Below the pieces are notes generated by a model. The model searched no databases and was not told where the DNA came from. It saw only the letters and a list, made by a program, of their open reading frames with translations. 64,000 nucleotides of DNA, from the NCBI GenBank assembly GCA_964016885.1, contig OZ024742.1:187240001-187304000 (forward strand). Reading direction: 5' to 3'. The DNA is from Eledone cirrhosa (taxonomy: Eukaryota). The position numbers were made by a program, and so were the translations under genes. Each line of letters begins with the position of its first letter. The stretch's first letter is position 1. Shown one piece after another: positions 11,241 to 22,792 of this stretch.

Positions 11241-11760
11241 TAATGATGCTTGGTGTTGGTGGTGGTTGTGATAATGATGATGATGATGATGATGCTGCTG
11301 ATGATGATGATGATGATGATTATGATGATGATGATGGTGATGGTGATGATGATGATGGTGTTGTTGGTGGAGGTGGGTATGATGATGGCGGCGGTTATGT
11401 TGGTGGTCGTTGCAATAAAGATCCAATAACAAAGATTAACAGGAACAACTGCAATTGAGAAATAATTGAGGAGATATTAAAGGCTGACTACGTGATTAAT
11501 ACTCGGAAAATGGATTGATCTTTAACACATCTAATTTGTTATAATGTTCAAAGCTTCATAGTATTTAGTGAGCCATGCCAGGGCATTGGCCCTTAACTTC
11601 TGATGGAGTTATAGGGACACCGATGTGATATACGATGTGTCAGGGGTATTTCATGCATGATTGGAGGAACACACCCCTCTCCAGCCACAACATAGTCGAA
11701 GATCAATAAACTATTTAAACCAAATCTTTAAGTTCAGTTTCCAGTCTGGACTAATATTCT

Positions 11761-11920
<160 letters not shown>

Positions 11921-11940
11921 ATATATATATATATATGTAC

Positions 11941-11971
<31 letters not shown>

Positions 11972-11982
11972 GTACATATATA

Positions 11983-12027
<45 letters not shown>

Positions 12028-12196
12028 TACATATATATATATTGGTACATATATATATATATATTGGTGCATACATATATATATATATATATATAAGAAG
12101 ATTACTGATGACGGATAGTCCTGGTTCCTTGCTCTATTTTTTTAATTCATATGTATCACATTCGCAACAACGAAGCACGCCATTTTACATTCCATC

Positions 12197-12231
<35 letters not shown>

Positions 12232-12234
<3 letters not shown>

Positions 12235-12876
12235 AAATTAAATTAAGGTTGTCATGTCTGAGAGACATGCGCCATATTCACTCCAGAATAAGCTCAAAGT
12301 TTCCAATGAATAGTTCCGAGCATTTTATATCAACTAGAAATAGATTGACATATATATATAAAATAAACACATGAAACAATCTTAGGGAATAATTTGTAAA
12401 GTGTGTAAGCACACATAACTAGGTAGGTAGCTAATTAAAGTTTAACTAGAACTTCAAATATAGATACCTTTTAAAATGATTAATCTCCTTTGTATATATT
12501 TCTTTAAATAAAAAATGTATTTCACTAATTAATTAGTAAATCACAGCAGTCAAATCCTGGTTGGTCTCCAAAGGAGAAGATCCAACCATCTTTGTTTACA
12601 CAGCAAATGCAAATCTGAGAATGACTCGTACCACGTGTTGCATTTTATAAAAAATACAGACATCGCACCGCGTCATCCCAGTGGTTTGAATAGGATTATC
12701 GACAGCTAGAAATAGCTGCCGAGTCCATTCAACTGAATTAGATCTACAATCAAGAGGCCGTATATATATCCAAAATTAAATTAAAAATGTCATGTGTGAG
12801 AGACATGCGCCATATTCACTGCAGAATAAGCTCAAAGAATAGTTCCGAGCATTTTATATCAACTAGAAATAGATTG

Positions 12877-12915
<39 letters not shown>

Positions 12916-13165
12916 AAATAAACACATGAAACAATCTCAGTGAATTTGACTGCTGTGATTTGCTGATTAATTGGTGAAATATATTTTTTATTTAAAGAAA
13001 TATATACAAAGGAGATTAATCATTTTAAAAGGTATCTATATTTGAGGTTCTAGTTAAACTTTAATTAGTTACCTACCTAGCTATGTTTGCTTACACACTT
13101 TACAAATTATTCCTTGAGATAGTTTCGTGTTTATTTTATATATATATATGTGTCAATCTATTTTC
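12232..13165. repeat. Direct-plus-inverted repeat unit (Penelope pseudo-LTR-like arrangement)
   Basis: CAAAATTAAATTAA..GTCATGT.TGAGAGACATGCGCC occurs at 12232 and 12771 (direct). 12940-13165 is the reverse complement of ~12340-12555. Confidence 0.8.
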
Positions 13166-13560
13166 AAGCTTATTAGCTATCGTCAGCGTCGTATACCTTC
13201 CTGCCAGATGATTGAACGTCTGAAAGTATATACCTTCCTTATGCATTTCGTTTCATTTTTTCCATTTATATTTTTCGGTGCACTAACTCACTCGATATGC
13301 AAATTAGGCTGCTCAGCCGTTAATATGCATAAGGAAAGTATATACTTTAAAACGTTCAATCATCTGGCAGGATTCAGACCTTCAATCATCATACGATGCT
13401 GACGATAGCTAATAAACTTGAAACTAGTACATCGTTCCTTTGTCAGTGTTGAACAAAAGGGCAACGATTGTTGCTAAACACTGTACAGCTTAATTCGGGA
13501 TGATTATTTACAAACAAACCGAGCATTATAATAAATGTTCGGTAAACCCATACGTACATA
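13163..13560 (+). mobile_element. HHR family A element with 5' inverted duplication
   Basis: 13165-13247 is the reverse complement of 13323-13422 and includes the 5' half of the ribozyme. The 3' part is homologous to the minus strand of 6790-6980. Ends in (AT)n. Confidence 0.75.
13393..13435 (+). ncRNA. Minimal type-I hammerhead ribozyme motif (family A)
   Basis: acgaug CUGACGA uagcu-aaua-aacuu GAAAC ua GUA caucgu. Stem I is a perfect 6 bp. Confidence 0.78.
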
Positions 13561-13654
13561 TATATATGTGTGCATGTATGTATATATATACATACTACTG
13601 TACGTCTGTATACATATGTGTATGTACGTATACATACTTATATATATATATATT

Positions 13655-13709
<55 letters not shown>

Positions 13710-13785
13710 CGAAGGACTTGTGTTAAGGAACCAGATGGACCTTAACGCACCAGAGTACTCAATACTTAGGGTAGTAGAGTGTGTA

Positions 13786-13902
13786 ATAGGAAAAAGTATG
13801 ACCTCAACAGCAGAGCTCAAGCCGTTTCGACGGCTATTTCCTGTTCAGAAATAGCCGTCGAAACCGTTTGAGCTCTGCGGTTGGGGTCATACTTTCTCAT
13901 AT
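13786..13902. repeat. ~55-bp-arm palindrome of the 74-bp repeat family
   Basis: AAAGTATGACCTCAACAGCAGAGCTCAAGCCGTTTCGACGGCTATTTC pairs with GAAATAGCCGTCGAAACCGTTTGAGCTCTGCGGTTGGGGTCATACTTT. Confidence 0.85.
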
Positions 13903-13915
13903 ATATATATATATA

Positions 13916-13949
<34 letters not shown>

Positions 13950-15232
13950 ATGTTATACTTTGGAAGGGTCATGTTGTCAATAAGAAACACACGCACCAGT
14001 TACTTTCACTCCAATTTATTATAAATTAAATTATAAATTTAAAAATTTATAAATTTCCGGTTTGTTGGTTGGTTCCACAACCCGACGGTTGTTCATATAT
14101 TGTCAAAGTTCTTTCGTCACACATTCTGTGATCTCTTCAATGACTGGGTATTATTTTCTTTTTTTTTGTGCCACTCCTTTGTTCTGTCCTACGCCATCTT
14201 GTGTATGTGTGTGTTGTGTGCTTAGTTTGCGCATGTGTTACATCCGGGTGTCTGTGTCTGTTTTTATTTGTTTATTTATTTCTATTTACATGTTACTGGT
14301 TGGTTGTTTGTTCTATGTGTGTGTGTTTTCATTTTGTCCTTAATTGTAAGTTGTGATGTTGCTATTCTATTCATGTTTTCTATTTAATTTGGGTTGGAGT
14401 TCATTTATGTTTATTGCCTCTGTGATTTATGTTTAATGCGTCTTTTCTGTGTGTAGATTTTATTTTTATTTCTATGTTCTCTAATTTGGCCTTATTTTCT
14501 ATTTTAGCATGTTGGTGGAGTACTGATGACTCTTTTCTATCTTGAATCTCTCGCCAGTGTTCATTTAATCGTTCTCCTATACTACGAGCTGTCTCACCTA
14601 TGTACACTATATTCTTATCTTTATATTGTCCTTCAGTACATCTTATGCTATATACTATGGTTCTAGTTTTACAGTTAACATGGGGGCTTAGTTTACAGAT
14701 TATGCATTTCTTATCTATACAGGGAGGTCCTTGAAAACGGTATGTATTACTAATAAGTGTTTTTATGGAGGTACTTGGTCTTTCTACTATCTTAATATTT
14801 AGTTTAAGTTTATCTAGGGCCCTTCTAAATTTGTAAGCTAATTCACCTCTAGGGGTTGTATTGATGAACATTACGCTCTGGTATTTATTGCTATCATAGC
14901 ATGAGTTTATTCTATTAACTTTATTCCTAGTTCTTTCTATTCTATTCCAAAATTTGCTCCTATACAAGGGGCAAGTCCCATTTGTATCATTATTTACCAT
15001 ATTTTCCCATTTGGTTCTGGCTCCTCTATATACTCCGATTTTATCCCTCTGATTGTAACCAGAGAACAGCATACCATGGATGAAGTGTTGTATGTGTCTC
15101 TCTAGTTCTTTGAGGTTGCACATGTGGGCACGTTTCTCATCACCCGTACTAAATCCGCAATCATTATGTTGATTTTGGTGTGATCCGAAACAGCTGAGTT
15201 TCGGTGGATCAGATATTTGGAAGTCATGGGTT
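13950..15232 (-). mobile_element. 5'-truncated Penelope-like element (second family; RT thumb + Cys finger + GIY-YIG)
   Basis: Minus strand: KPMTSKYLIHRNSAVS...RVMRN, then SGY, TP.GELA, IKIVER, PC..KCIIC, CKTR.IVY.IRC...VYIGETARSIGERLNEH...SVLHQH. Both ends lie in (AT)n. Confidence 0.88.
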
Positions 15233-15305
15233 TATATATATATACATATATATATATATGAAAGGATAACAAGGACGATTGATTACTCCTTCATTGCATT
15301 TATTG

Positions 15306-15396
15306 ATAGGTGACGCGCGTTTCGCCACTGATTAGCTCAAGGTTCGATCTGTATCGATCCTACCCGACTCAAATATCGGCGGCTCAACGGACCCTT
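15306..15396 (-). ncRNA. Degenerate hammerhead motif with long stem II
   Basis: Minus strand: gggu CCGUUGA gccgccgau..(~45 nt)..aucaguggc GAAAC gcgc GUC accu. The core has two substitutions. Confidence 0.55.
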
Positions 15397-16435
15397 TTAA
15401 AATGCTGTAAGAAAATGAAATACATGCTATGTGGTAAAGTCAGAGTTTCAAGAGTTTAACAAAATGAGTTGTTTTGATTGGTCGGAAGGATCAAGGGGAT
15501 GTACTGGCCTGTAGTTTATGTGGGGGTGGATGTGATGGGTAGATGTTGGTGACGATCGGTGGATGTGATGGGCTGTGGTATGGTGGTGGCGGGTTGGCCT
15601 TTGCCTGTAGTGTATGTGGGGGTGGATGTGATGATAAGATGTTGGTTATGGTCGCTTACTGGCATGGGCTGTGGTGTGAGGTTAGTGGGTCATCGGTAGA
15701 CGGGTTGGCGTGTGTGGGGTGTGGTAGTGGCATTTGTGGAGGTGTGGTGGATGTGCTGGTGGTGTCGAGTCCTTGCGGAGATACATAGCTAGACGCTCTT
15801 CGTCTGACAAATACGTTGTATATATGTATACACACATATGTATACATGCGCAAATATATTGATGTATATGCACACACCCGAACACACCAACACACAACCC
15901 ACACACACACACCCTCGCCTACACACCCTCGCCCACACATATCCACACACACACATACACAGCCATATGCATATATACACACATGTATGTGCATGCGCGC
16001 ATGCGGACACATGTAGAGAGAGTAGGAGAGTATCGGAGGGGGTGGCGTAGGACAAATATGGAGGGAAGATGAGAGGCAATGGAGAAGGTGTTATACATAT
16101 ATACATACACATACATACACTCATACACACATACGGATATGCGCACATACACGCACACACACGTATACTTAAACATACACATACACACGTATTCACACAC
16201 ATATATATATACCTACACACACACACATACACATACATGCACATATACGCACACATATAGACATACATATAGATTCACTTATATACATATATATAAATAT
16301 ATATATACATACACACATATATATGCATACACGCACGCATATTTATACGCCCGTATATGTAAAAAATACTTACACACAGACACACACACTTGCGTTGGTT
16401 CGGGATGGGAGGTATGTGTTGGCGGTGTTGATGAA

Positions 16436-16473
<38 letters not shown>

Positions 16474-16729
16474 CGGCTATGAATTAGTTTTGCGAGGTTT
16501 TTGATATGAAATCGTGTGTCGAAACAAATATTGTTATACTTGGGGAGGGTCATATTTGTGTAATATTGCCAGAATTAATAGCAGAACCCACTCACTGTTT
16601 GGTTGGTTTTCGCTTTTCGCTTCTGTGTCTTTTATATCGGTTAATTTAATTTATTCGGTCCTCAATGATGCCATTGACTGACCAACGGTCAAAAATACAG
16701 ATACCATATAGACACAAACACATATATAT

Positions 16730-16821
<92 letters not shown>

Positions 16822-16827
16822 GAAAGT

Positions 16828-17708
16828 TATAGAAAACATTGTAGCAAAAAGCCAACAGTATTCCATAATATATTAGTGACTATAGCCTCAACATGGGAAA
16901 AATAGTTAACGTAAGATGTGGGAAAAATAATTCAAGCTCATCTCAAAGAGAATCAGGATATAGATTCATCCACAGAATTTAGTGAAATCCAGGGAAAAAT
17001 CAATTGAGCCTTAACTCATGATAAAATAAAGTCTAAAATACTCATCTTTCAAATTGGAAAAACTTCAAATGCTCTTTCAATTTGGAAAAACTTCAAATGC
17101 TCTTAAAGACTATTTCACGAAAACTCTCAGTGGAGATGGTCACGGTTGGAATCCGATCCTCAGCAGAGCTCAACTCGATAACCAAAATTCTCACAGATTA
17201 ATATGCCAAAAAGGGAATTTAAAACAGGCTAGTTCACCATCATGCGTGATTATGAAAAATAAAACGCACATGTTGAAAGACAGGGCTGGTGACGTCAGAA
17301 TGAGACGAATGTTTGTTTACAAGAAACAACAGTAAAAAAACATTCCGAAAAAAACTCTACAATAAGGAGTTCAGCAAAAAGCAATATTATCGCGGTTTTT
17401 TATAAAAAAATACCTGGATTAAGCACTCTAGGAAAGAAATCCGAGTATAAATATATAAACAAAAGGTATAGAAAACATTGTAGCAAAAAGCCAACAGTAT
17501 TCCATAATATATAAGTAACTATAGCCTCAAAATGGGAAAAATAGTTAACGTAAGATGTGGGAAAAATAATTCAAACTCATCTCAAAGAGAATCAGGATAT
17601 AGATTCATCCACAGAATTTAGTGAAATCCAGGGAAAAATCAATAGAGCCTTAACTCATGATAAAATAAAGTCTAAAATACTCATCTTTCAATTTGGAAAA
17701 ACTTCAAT
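16828..17708. mobile_element. Unit with ~235-bp direct terminal repeats (640-bp period), pLTR/retrozyme-like
   Basis: 16828-17065 is repeated at 17468-17708. Flanked by (AT)n. A candidate degenerate HHR lies on the minus strand at 17099-17170. Confidence 0.7.
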
Positions 17709-18593
17709 ATATATATATATATAAACGTCGGACTTCTGCACTTTCCGTTTATCAGACTTCACTCATAGCTGCAATAGTTGGCTATGTTAATGCCTCTTGG
17801 AACTGAATCCGGAACCACATGGTTGTGGAGCAAACACTTTAACCAGAGAGTCATACCAACGACATTTGATCACTTCTACAAGTAAACAGTATTAATGTAT
17901 TTAATTATTTTGAATGACAACCATTCAATTACCTTATCAACTAAATATACATTTTTATATAAAATTCTAAATTAAAATAGTGTATAAAATCTTTATTATA
18001 TTTTTGTATTTATTTTCTGTTTTAGTCCGTGTGTCTCGATATTTTAAAATATCTTTTGTTTACTTCCTATATACTTGAAAATTATAATTATTAAATTGCA
18101 TATGTCTTGGAATATCTTGAATAAAATTGATAATTGAAATAATAATCAATACCGGGCTAGAGAAAAACAACGTCATCATAATTATGATTGGATAGACATT
18201 CACGTCACTACGATTCTATTACACAGCAGATTCATCACAACCACTACTAATGTCTTGGAACAAAAGCTCATGATTTTGTTGTATTGAATGAAGTAAAGTA
18301 TAATATAGGAACTAGTTATATTAAATGAAAATGAATTTGACCTTAGAAACTTAAGGTAAGGCACAAAATAAAGGAAAATCAACCCATACAGCAGAGGTCG
18401 GGAATTCTTTTCAAACTGAAGAGACATTTTTTAGCTTAAAAAATATTTGAATCTATTGAAGCCGTATAATTTATTTAATATAAACAAAAGATACAGAGAA
18501 GTAAATATGAATTTAGCTAACATATTTTCTTACTCTGTGATATATGGCACTGAATCTTAACTGAAATTGCTTCGGTATCGGGGTTATAATAAT

Positions 18594-18781
18594 TGTTTCT
18601 ACATTTCGCACAAGGCCAGCATTTATCCCAGTGCATTACTGGTGCTTTATTTTATCGACCTCGTAAGGATGAAAGGCAAAGTTAGCCTCGGCAGAATTTG
18701 TACTCAGACCGTAAACGACCGTAACTCTATGCTGCAAAGCATGGTGTCCGACGCTCTACCGATACTACTAATCCACCGCCC
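18594..18781 (-). mobile_element. tRNA-derived SINE
   Basis: Same family as 2781. Flanked by TATC.GGGTTATAATAAT on both sides. Confidence 0.85.
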
Positions 18782-18842
18782 TCAATACCATTATAATATC
18801 TGGGTTATAATAATGGTTTTAAATTTATGCACAATACAAGCA

Positions 18843-19045
18843 TGGTGGATTGGCAGAATTAGTAGAGTGTCAGATAATATAACATTGCGTCGTTTATTAT
18901 AGCTCTTAAAAATTTCGAGTTAAAATACTGCCAAGGTCAACTTGCGTTTCATCCTCCCGGGTCGATAAAATAAAGTACCAATAAAGTAATGAGTTGATTT
19001 TCCCACTTTGCCACCCCCAAAATTTGCTGTTCTTGTGCCAAAATT
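18843..19045 (+). mobile_element. tRNA-derived SINE (older, diverged)
   Basis: GGTGGATTGGCAGAATTAGTAGAG...GAGTTAAAATACTGCCAAGGTCAAC...GTCGATAAAATAAAGTACC...TTGTGCCAAAAT. Confidence 0.75.
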
Positions 19046-19695
19046 GATTTCTAATTGAGGCACAAAGCCAGCAAATTTATGTAATGGACAAAATCGATTA
19101 AATTGACCATTTACTGACCGGTACTATAATCAAGGGAGAATGAAAGACTAGGTCTTTGGATTAATGGTACAAACAAACCAACGGGCTTGCTAGCATTTCA
19201 TTCTACACAATTTCTCTTACACAGCAGAGGTTGGCCGAAGGATATAGTCAAGACATTTGTCCAAAATTCAACAAAGTGAGATCGAACCCAAATCTAATTA
19301 TTGCGAATCGAACTTTTTTTTATCAATCAGCCATCCCTACGCCCACAATGTGCACAGTAATGAATTAGTGCAAAGTAATTGAATCACGTTTCCAACGTTT
19401 GCACTTTGGCGTAAATTAAGCAGAACAGTTTAGGTTTGTCCTACTTCGTGAACATTATTAATAGCCATAAGTTAACACCCTGTCAGTGGACAGGAAATGA
19501 GTAACGAATATATAATGGTGCTTTAATATACGGTAAAACAAGGTCAAATCGATCATATTTTCTAACCAGGCAGAAAAACCTGTGATATAACTACTTTCTA
19601 TAATTTTTAGTGTGAGGTTAAATTGGGTGTGGTGTAAAAACACACGCTCGTTAAGTTTGCCTCACATCTCTCTCAGCACCCTCTCTATATGGGAG

Positions 19696-19726
<31 letters not shown>

Positions 19727-19778
19727 CTTCCACAGAGAAAGTGTGCGTGAACCGAGAGGGGAAGTAACTAATATATGT

Positions 19779-19835
<57 letters not shown>

Positions 19836-19892
19836 GTGAATGAGCTTGTAAATGTATAGGTATTTATGCATATAATTATATATACATATATT

Positions 19893-19950
<58 letters not shown>

Positions 19951-20412
19951 GCGTGTGAGTGAGTGTATGTGTGTGTGTGTGTGTCTGTGTGCGTGTGCTT
20001 CTGGGCGTGTTTGTGTACATGTCTACGTATCATTAATCATTTGTCATCGTTGCTGAAGGCATCAATTCAACATTAAATCTGACAGATTTATTTCAATGCC
20101 TTTTCCCCTGCGACGGTCCAATGTCTTGCTGGCAGCAGTCGGCCATTTTCTTTTCTGCTCTAAGCTGTTTATCAATGCCGACACATATCAACACATGTAT
20201 CAACATGTTCTTCCAAATGTCACCTCTATCCATTTTGTTTTTCATACTCGACTTAACCCCACTCCACTCGCACTCTCACCCCTCTCTCTCACTCTCTCTC
20301 TCTGTATCTGTCTTTCTCTCTCTCCATCTCTTTTTCTGTTTTTCTTCTATTCATGCGTCTGTAATTTCTAACTTGAATCTATGTCAGTATCTAACATAGA
20401 AAATTATGGGTG

Positions 20413-20462
<50 letters not shown>

Positions 20463-20702
20463 TTAAAACAAAACAACAAAAACAATTACGGAGAGTGCAG
20501 TACAAAGTGTTAGTATTAGGTTCACACTTGAGAGTGAACATACATATATATATATATATATATATTAGAAAGTGACGTTTTTTTTTACAAAATGAAAAAT
20601 AACCGAGGTGTCCTACACGAGTGAAAGTATAAAGAAAAAAAGATGAAATGGAAAATGCAACTGGATTCTTATTTTAAAAAAAAATATATATATTTATTTG
20701 GT

Positions 20703-20742
20703 TCCTTTACCGGTTTCGCAGTTCTTCTGCTTTTCAAAAGTA
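20703..20742 (-). ncRNA. Minimal hammerhead motif with U3-A8 core (family C)
   Basis: Minus strand: uacuu UUGAAAA gcag-aagaa-cugc GAAAC cg GUA aagga. Palindromic stem III is ACCGGU. Stem I is short. Confidence 0.65.
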
Positions 20743-20813
20743 GAGTTGAGATGGAGGGTCTGTGGTTTTTAGGTGTGTATATATGTATGTATGTATATAT
20801 ACACACACGCATC

Positions 20814-20873
<60 letters not shown>

Positions 20874-20949
20874 TAACAGATTAAAGTTTAAGCAAAGAAT
20901 CGCTGCTTTCACCCTTAACGGGATCTTCTGAAACTAACAAAGTCAATCT

Positions 20950-21340
20950 GTGAACGCAGAAGCGAATATTTCAAAAAACGTTACAACTGGAGGAAGACAG
21001 GAAGACGTTACTTTGGTTCGTGGAAACGTTCCTTGGCAAAGAACGGGAAAAAACGAATATGTACCAGTAATGCACTGGGTAATTGCTGGCCTTGTGCCTA
21101 AAGTAGAAACAATTATTTGGAGCGGTGAAAAACAATTACAAGCAAAGACAAAACCACGTTTATGGTATAAAAGAAGTCGTAGACTAATATTCTCTTAAGT
21201 GGTTCATAGAGACGTTCTCTGCCAATGAACGGAAAACACGAAGATAATACGTCATATGTGGAACGGGGAGAACAATTGCACGCAAAGACAAAACCACGTA
21301 AATGGTATAACTGAAGTCGTAGACTAAAATTCTAACTAGG
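20950..21340 (+). repeat. Diverged tandem repeat (~140-200 bp) containing a SINE 3' tail (21061-21117)
   Basis: ACAATT.CA.GCAAAGACAAAACCACGT..ATGGTATAA..GAAGTCGTAGACTAA occurs at ~21132 and ~21272. ACGAAGATAATACGTCAT is also present at 671-688. Confidence 0.7.
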
Positions 21341-21806
21341 AAACCGAATGATTCTTGGCTTCAGAGTTAAGAATAAAGTAAATAAAATACAGAGGTAAAA
21401 GAAATTAAATGAATACATACACGCATCCATATACGTACATACACAAGCATACGCGAAAACACTCGCCATAGGTATACAAATACACGCACATATAAATATG
21501 TGTGTGTGAGTGCGTGTATACAAATAGTTAAATAAACGTATATAAATAAATAAATACCTATATAACACGCGCACACACATACCTACATGTAAATACACAT
21601 ATGTTCGGAGACGTACGTCAACGAAAACACGAAGTACACATATACACACACCCTAAATACGTACGAACCCGCATACTCACACAGACGTAAAACTCACGTA
21701 TACACATAACCAAAAGCATATGTAAATATTTGCTCTACGGTTTTTATATATTTGATATATATTTATCCTTACCGAGCCCTCTTTGGATTTTAGTTTTCAA
21801 ATTAAT

Positions 21807-21867
<61 letters not shown>

Positions 21868-22698
21868 ATTTTATATCCTAGATAGTGATGTATGTATATA
21901 TGGTCGATTTAAATAAATGATAGTTGTAAAAATGGGGTAAAATACCCCTAGTGACAGAAAAAAGTAGAAGGAGGACGGATGCCAGGCAAGTGCGCTAAGC
22001 GCTATGCTAAGGGGTCTCTGGTTAACCGATTGCCACCTTTCAGAAGATTTTAAGCCTGAAGCTAGAAGGGTGAAAATTCAGTTGACTTATGAGACTTATG
22101 AAACATTGGGAAAATGTGAAATTTCAAATGTGTCCGTACTAATTTAAATGACTATAATAATAGTTCATCCCTATACTACTGTATACTACGAGTTGCTCAA
22201 TGTTAAAGATATCAAATTTACTTATATTCTGGAAACATAATTTCTCTTTAGCTATCGCTTTATTTGCTCTGGATGTGGTTCTTTTCTCGTTATTTCTGGT
22301 TTTGAATGCAGTACTGGCTTAGTGGTCAAGAGGTTCGCTTCGCAATCGCGTGTCCCAGTGTTTGTGGCTCATTTGGTCGACCTATGCCTTGGCAAAAAAT
22401 TGTGAAACTGTCAGCTGGTTGAATGTATTGTACTTGTAATTCAAAAGACCAGCCATGTCATATTTCGTATCACGATGATTCAGTTTTGGAATTACGTTAA
22501 ATGGATGTGACTGTGATATAGTCAACCACTTTCATGTTAATTAATGGGTCGGGTGTTCAGTTGCTCGATGAAATAAAGGTTAATCCCTAATGTTCGAAAT
22601 GCATGGAGGATCCGTAGTAAGCTCAACACAGAATACTGTATTACCTGTTTCAGCCGTCAGGCTGAGGCCATGGTTGGCCATCGCCATTGAAACAATTG

Positions 22699-22792
22699 TC
22701 ACCTAGGTAAGGATCAAACTCACGACCTTCAAATTCCTCTGATTTCAGATTTGATTAGGAGACTGATGCGCTGCCTACTTCGCTAACTGATT
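22699..22792 (-). pseudogene. tRNA-Met(elongator)-like pseudogene with a 21-nt intron at the canonical 37/38 position
   Basis: Minus strand: TAGCGAAGTAGGCAGCGC A TCAGT CT CCT A [ATCAAATCTGAAATCAGAGGA] A TTTGA AGGTC GTGAG TTTGATC CTTAC, matching the eukaryotic eMet body. The anticodon reads CCT instead of CAT and the acceptor stem is unpaired. Confidence 0.7.

Noticed and set aside
10340-11458. 372-aa Val/Met-rich and 277-aa Pro/Ser/Gln-rich ORFs
   Set aside because: Products of the trinucleotide-derived 51-bp minisatellite, with no flanking gene structure.
12100-12130. CTGATGACGGATAGTCC as a hammerhead
   Set aside because: Only a possible 5' half; GAAA and the cleavage triplet are missing.
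22310-22360. tRNA gene (TGGCTTAGTGG A box)
   Set aside because: No T arm or acceptor stem; more likely a decayed SINE head.
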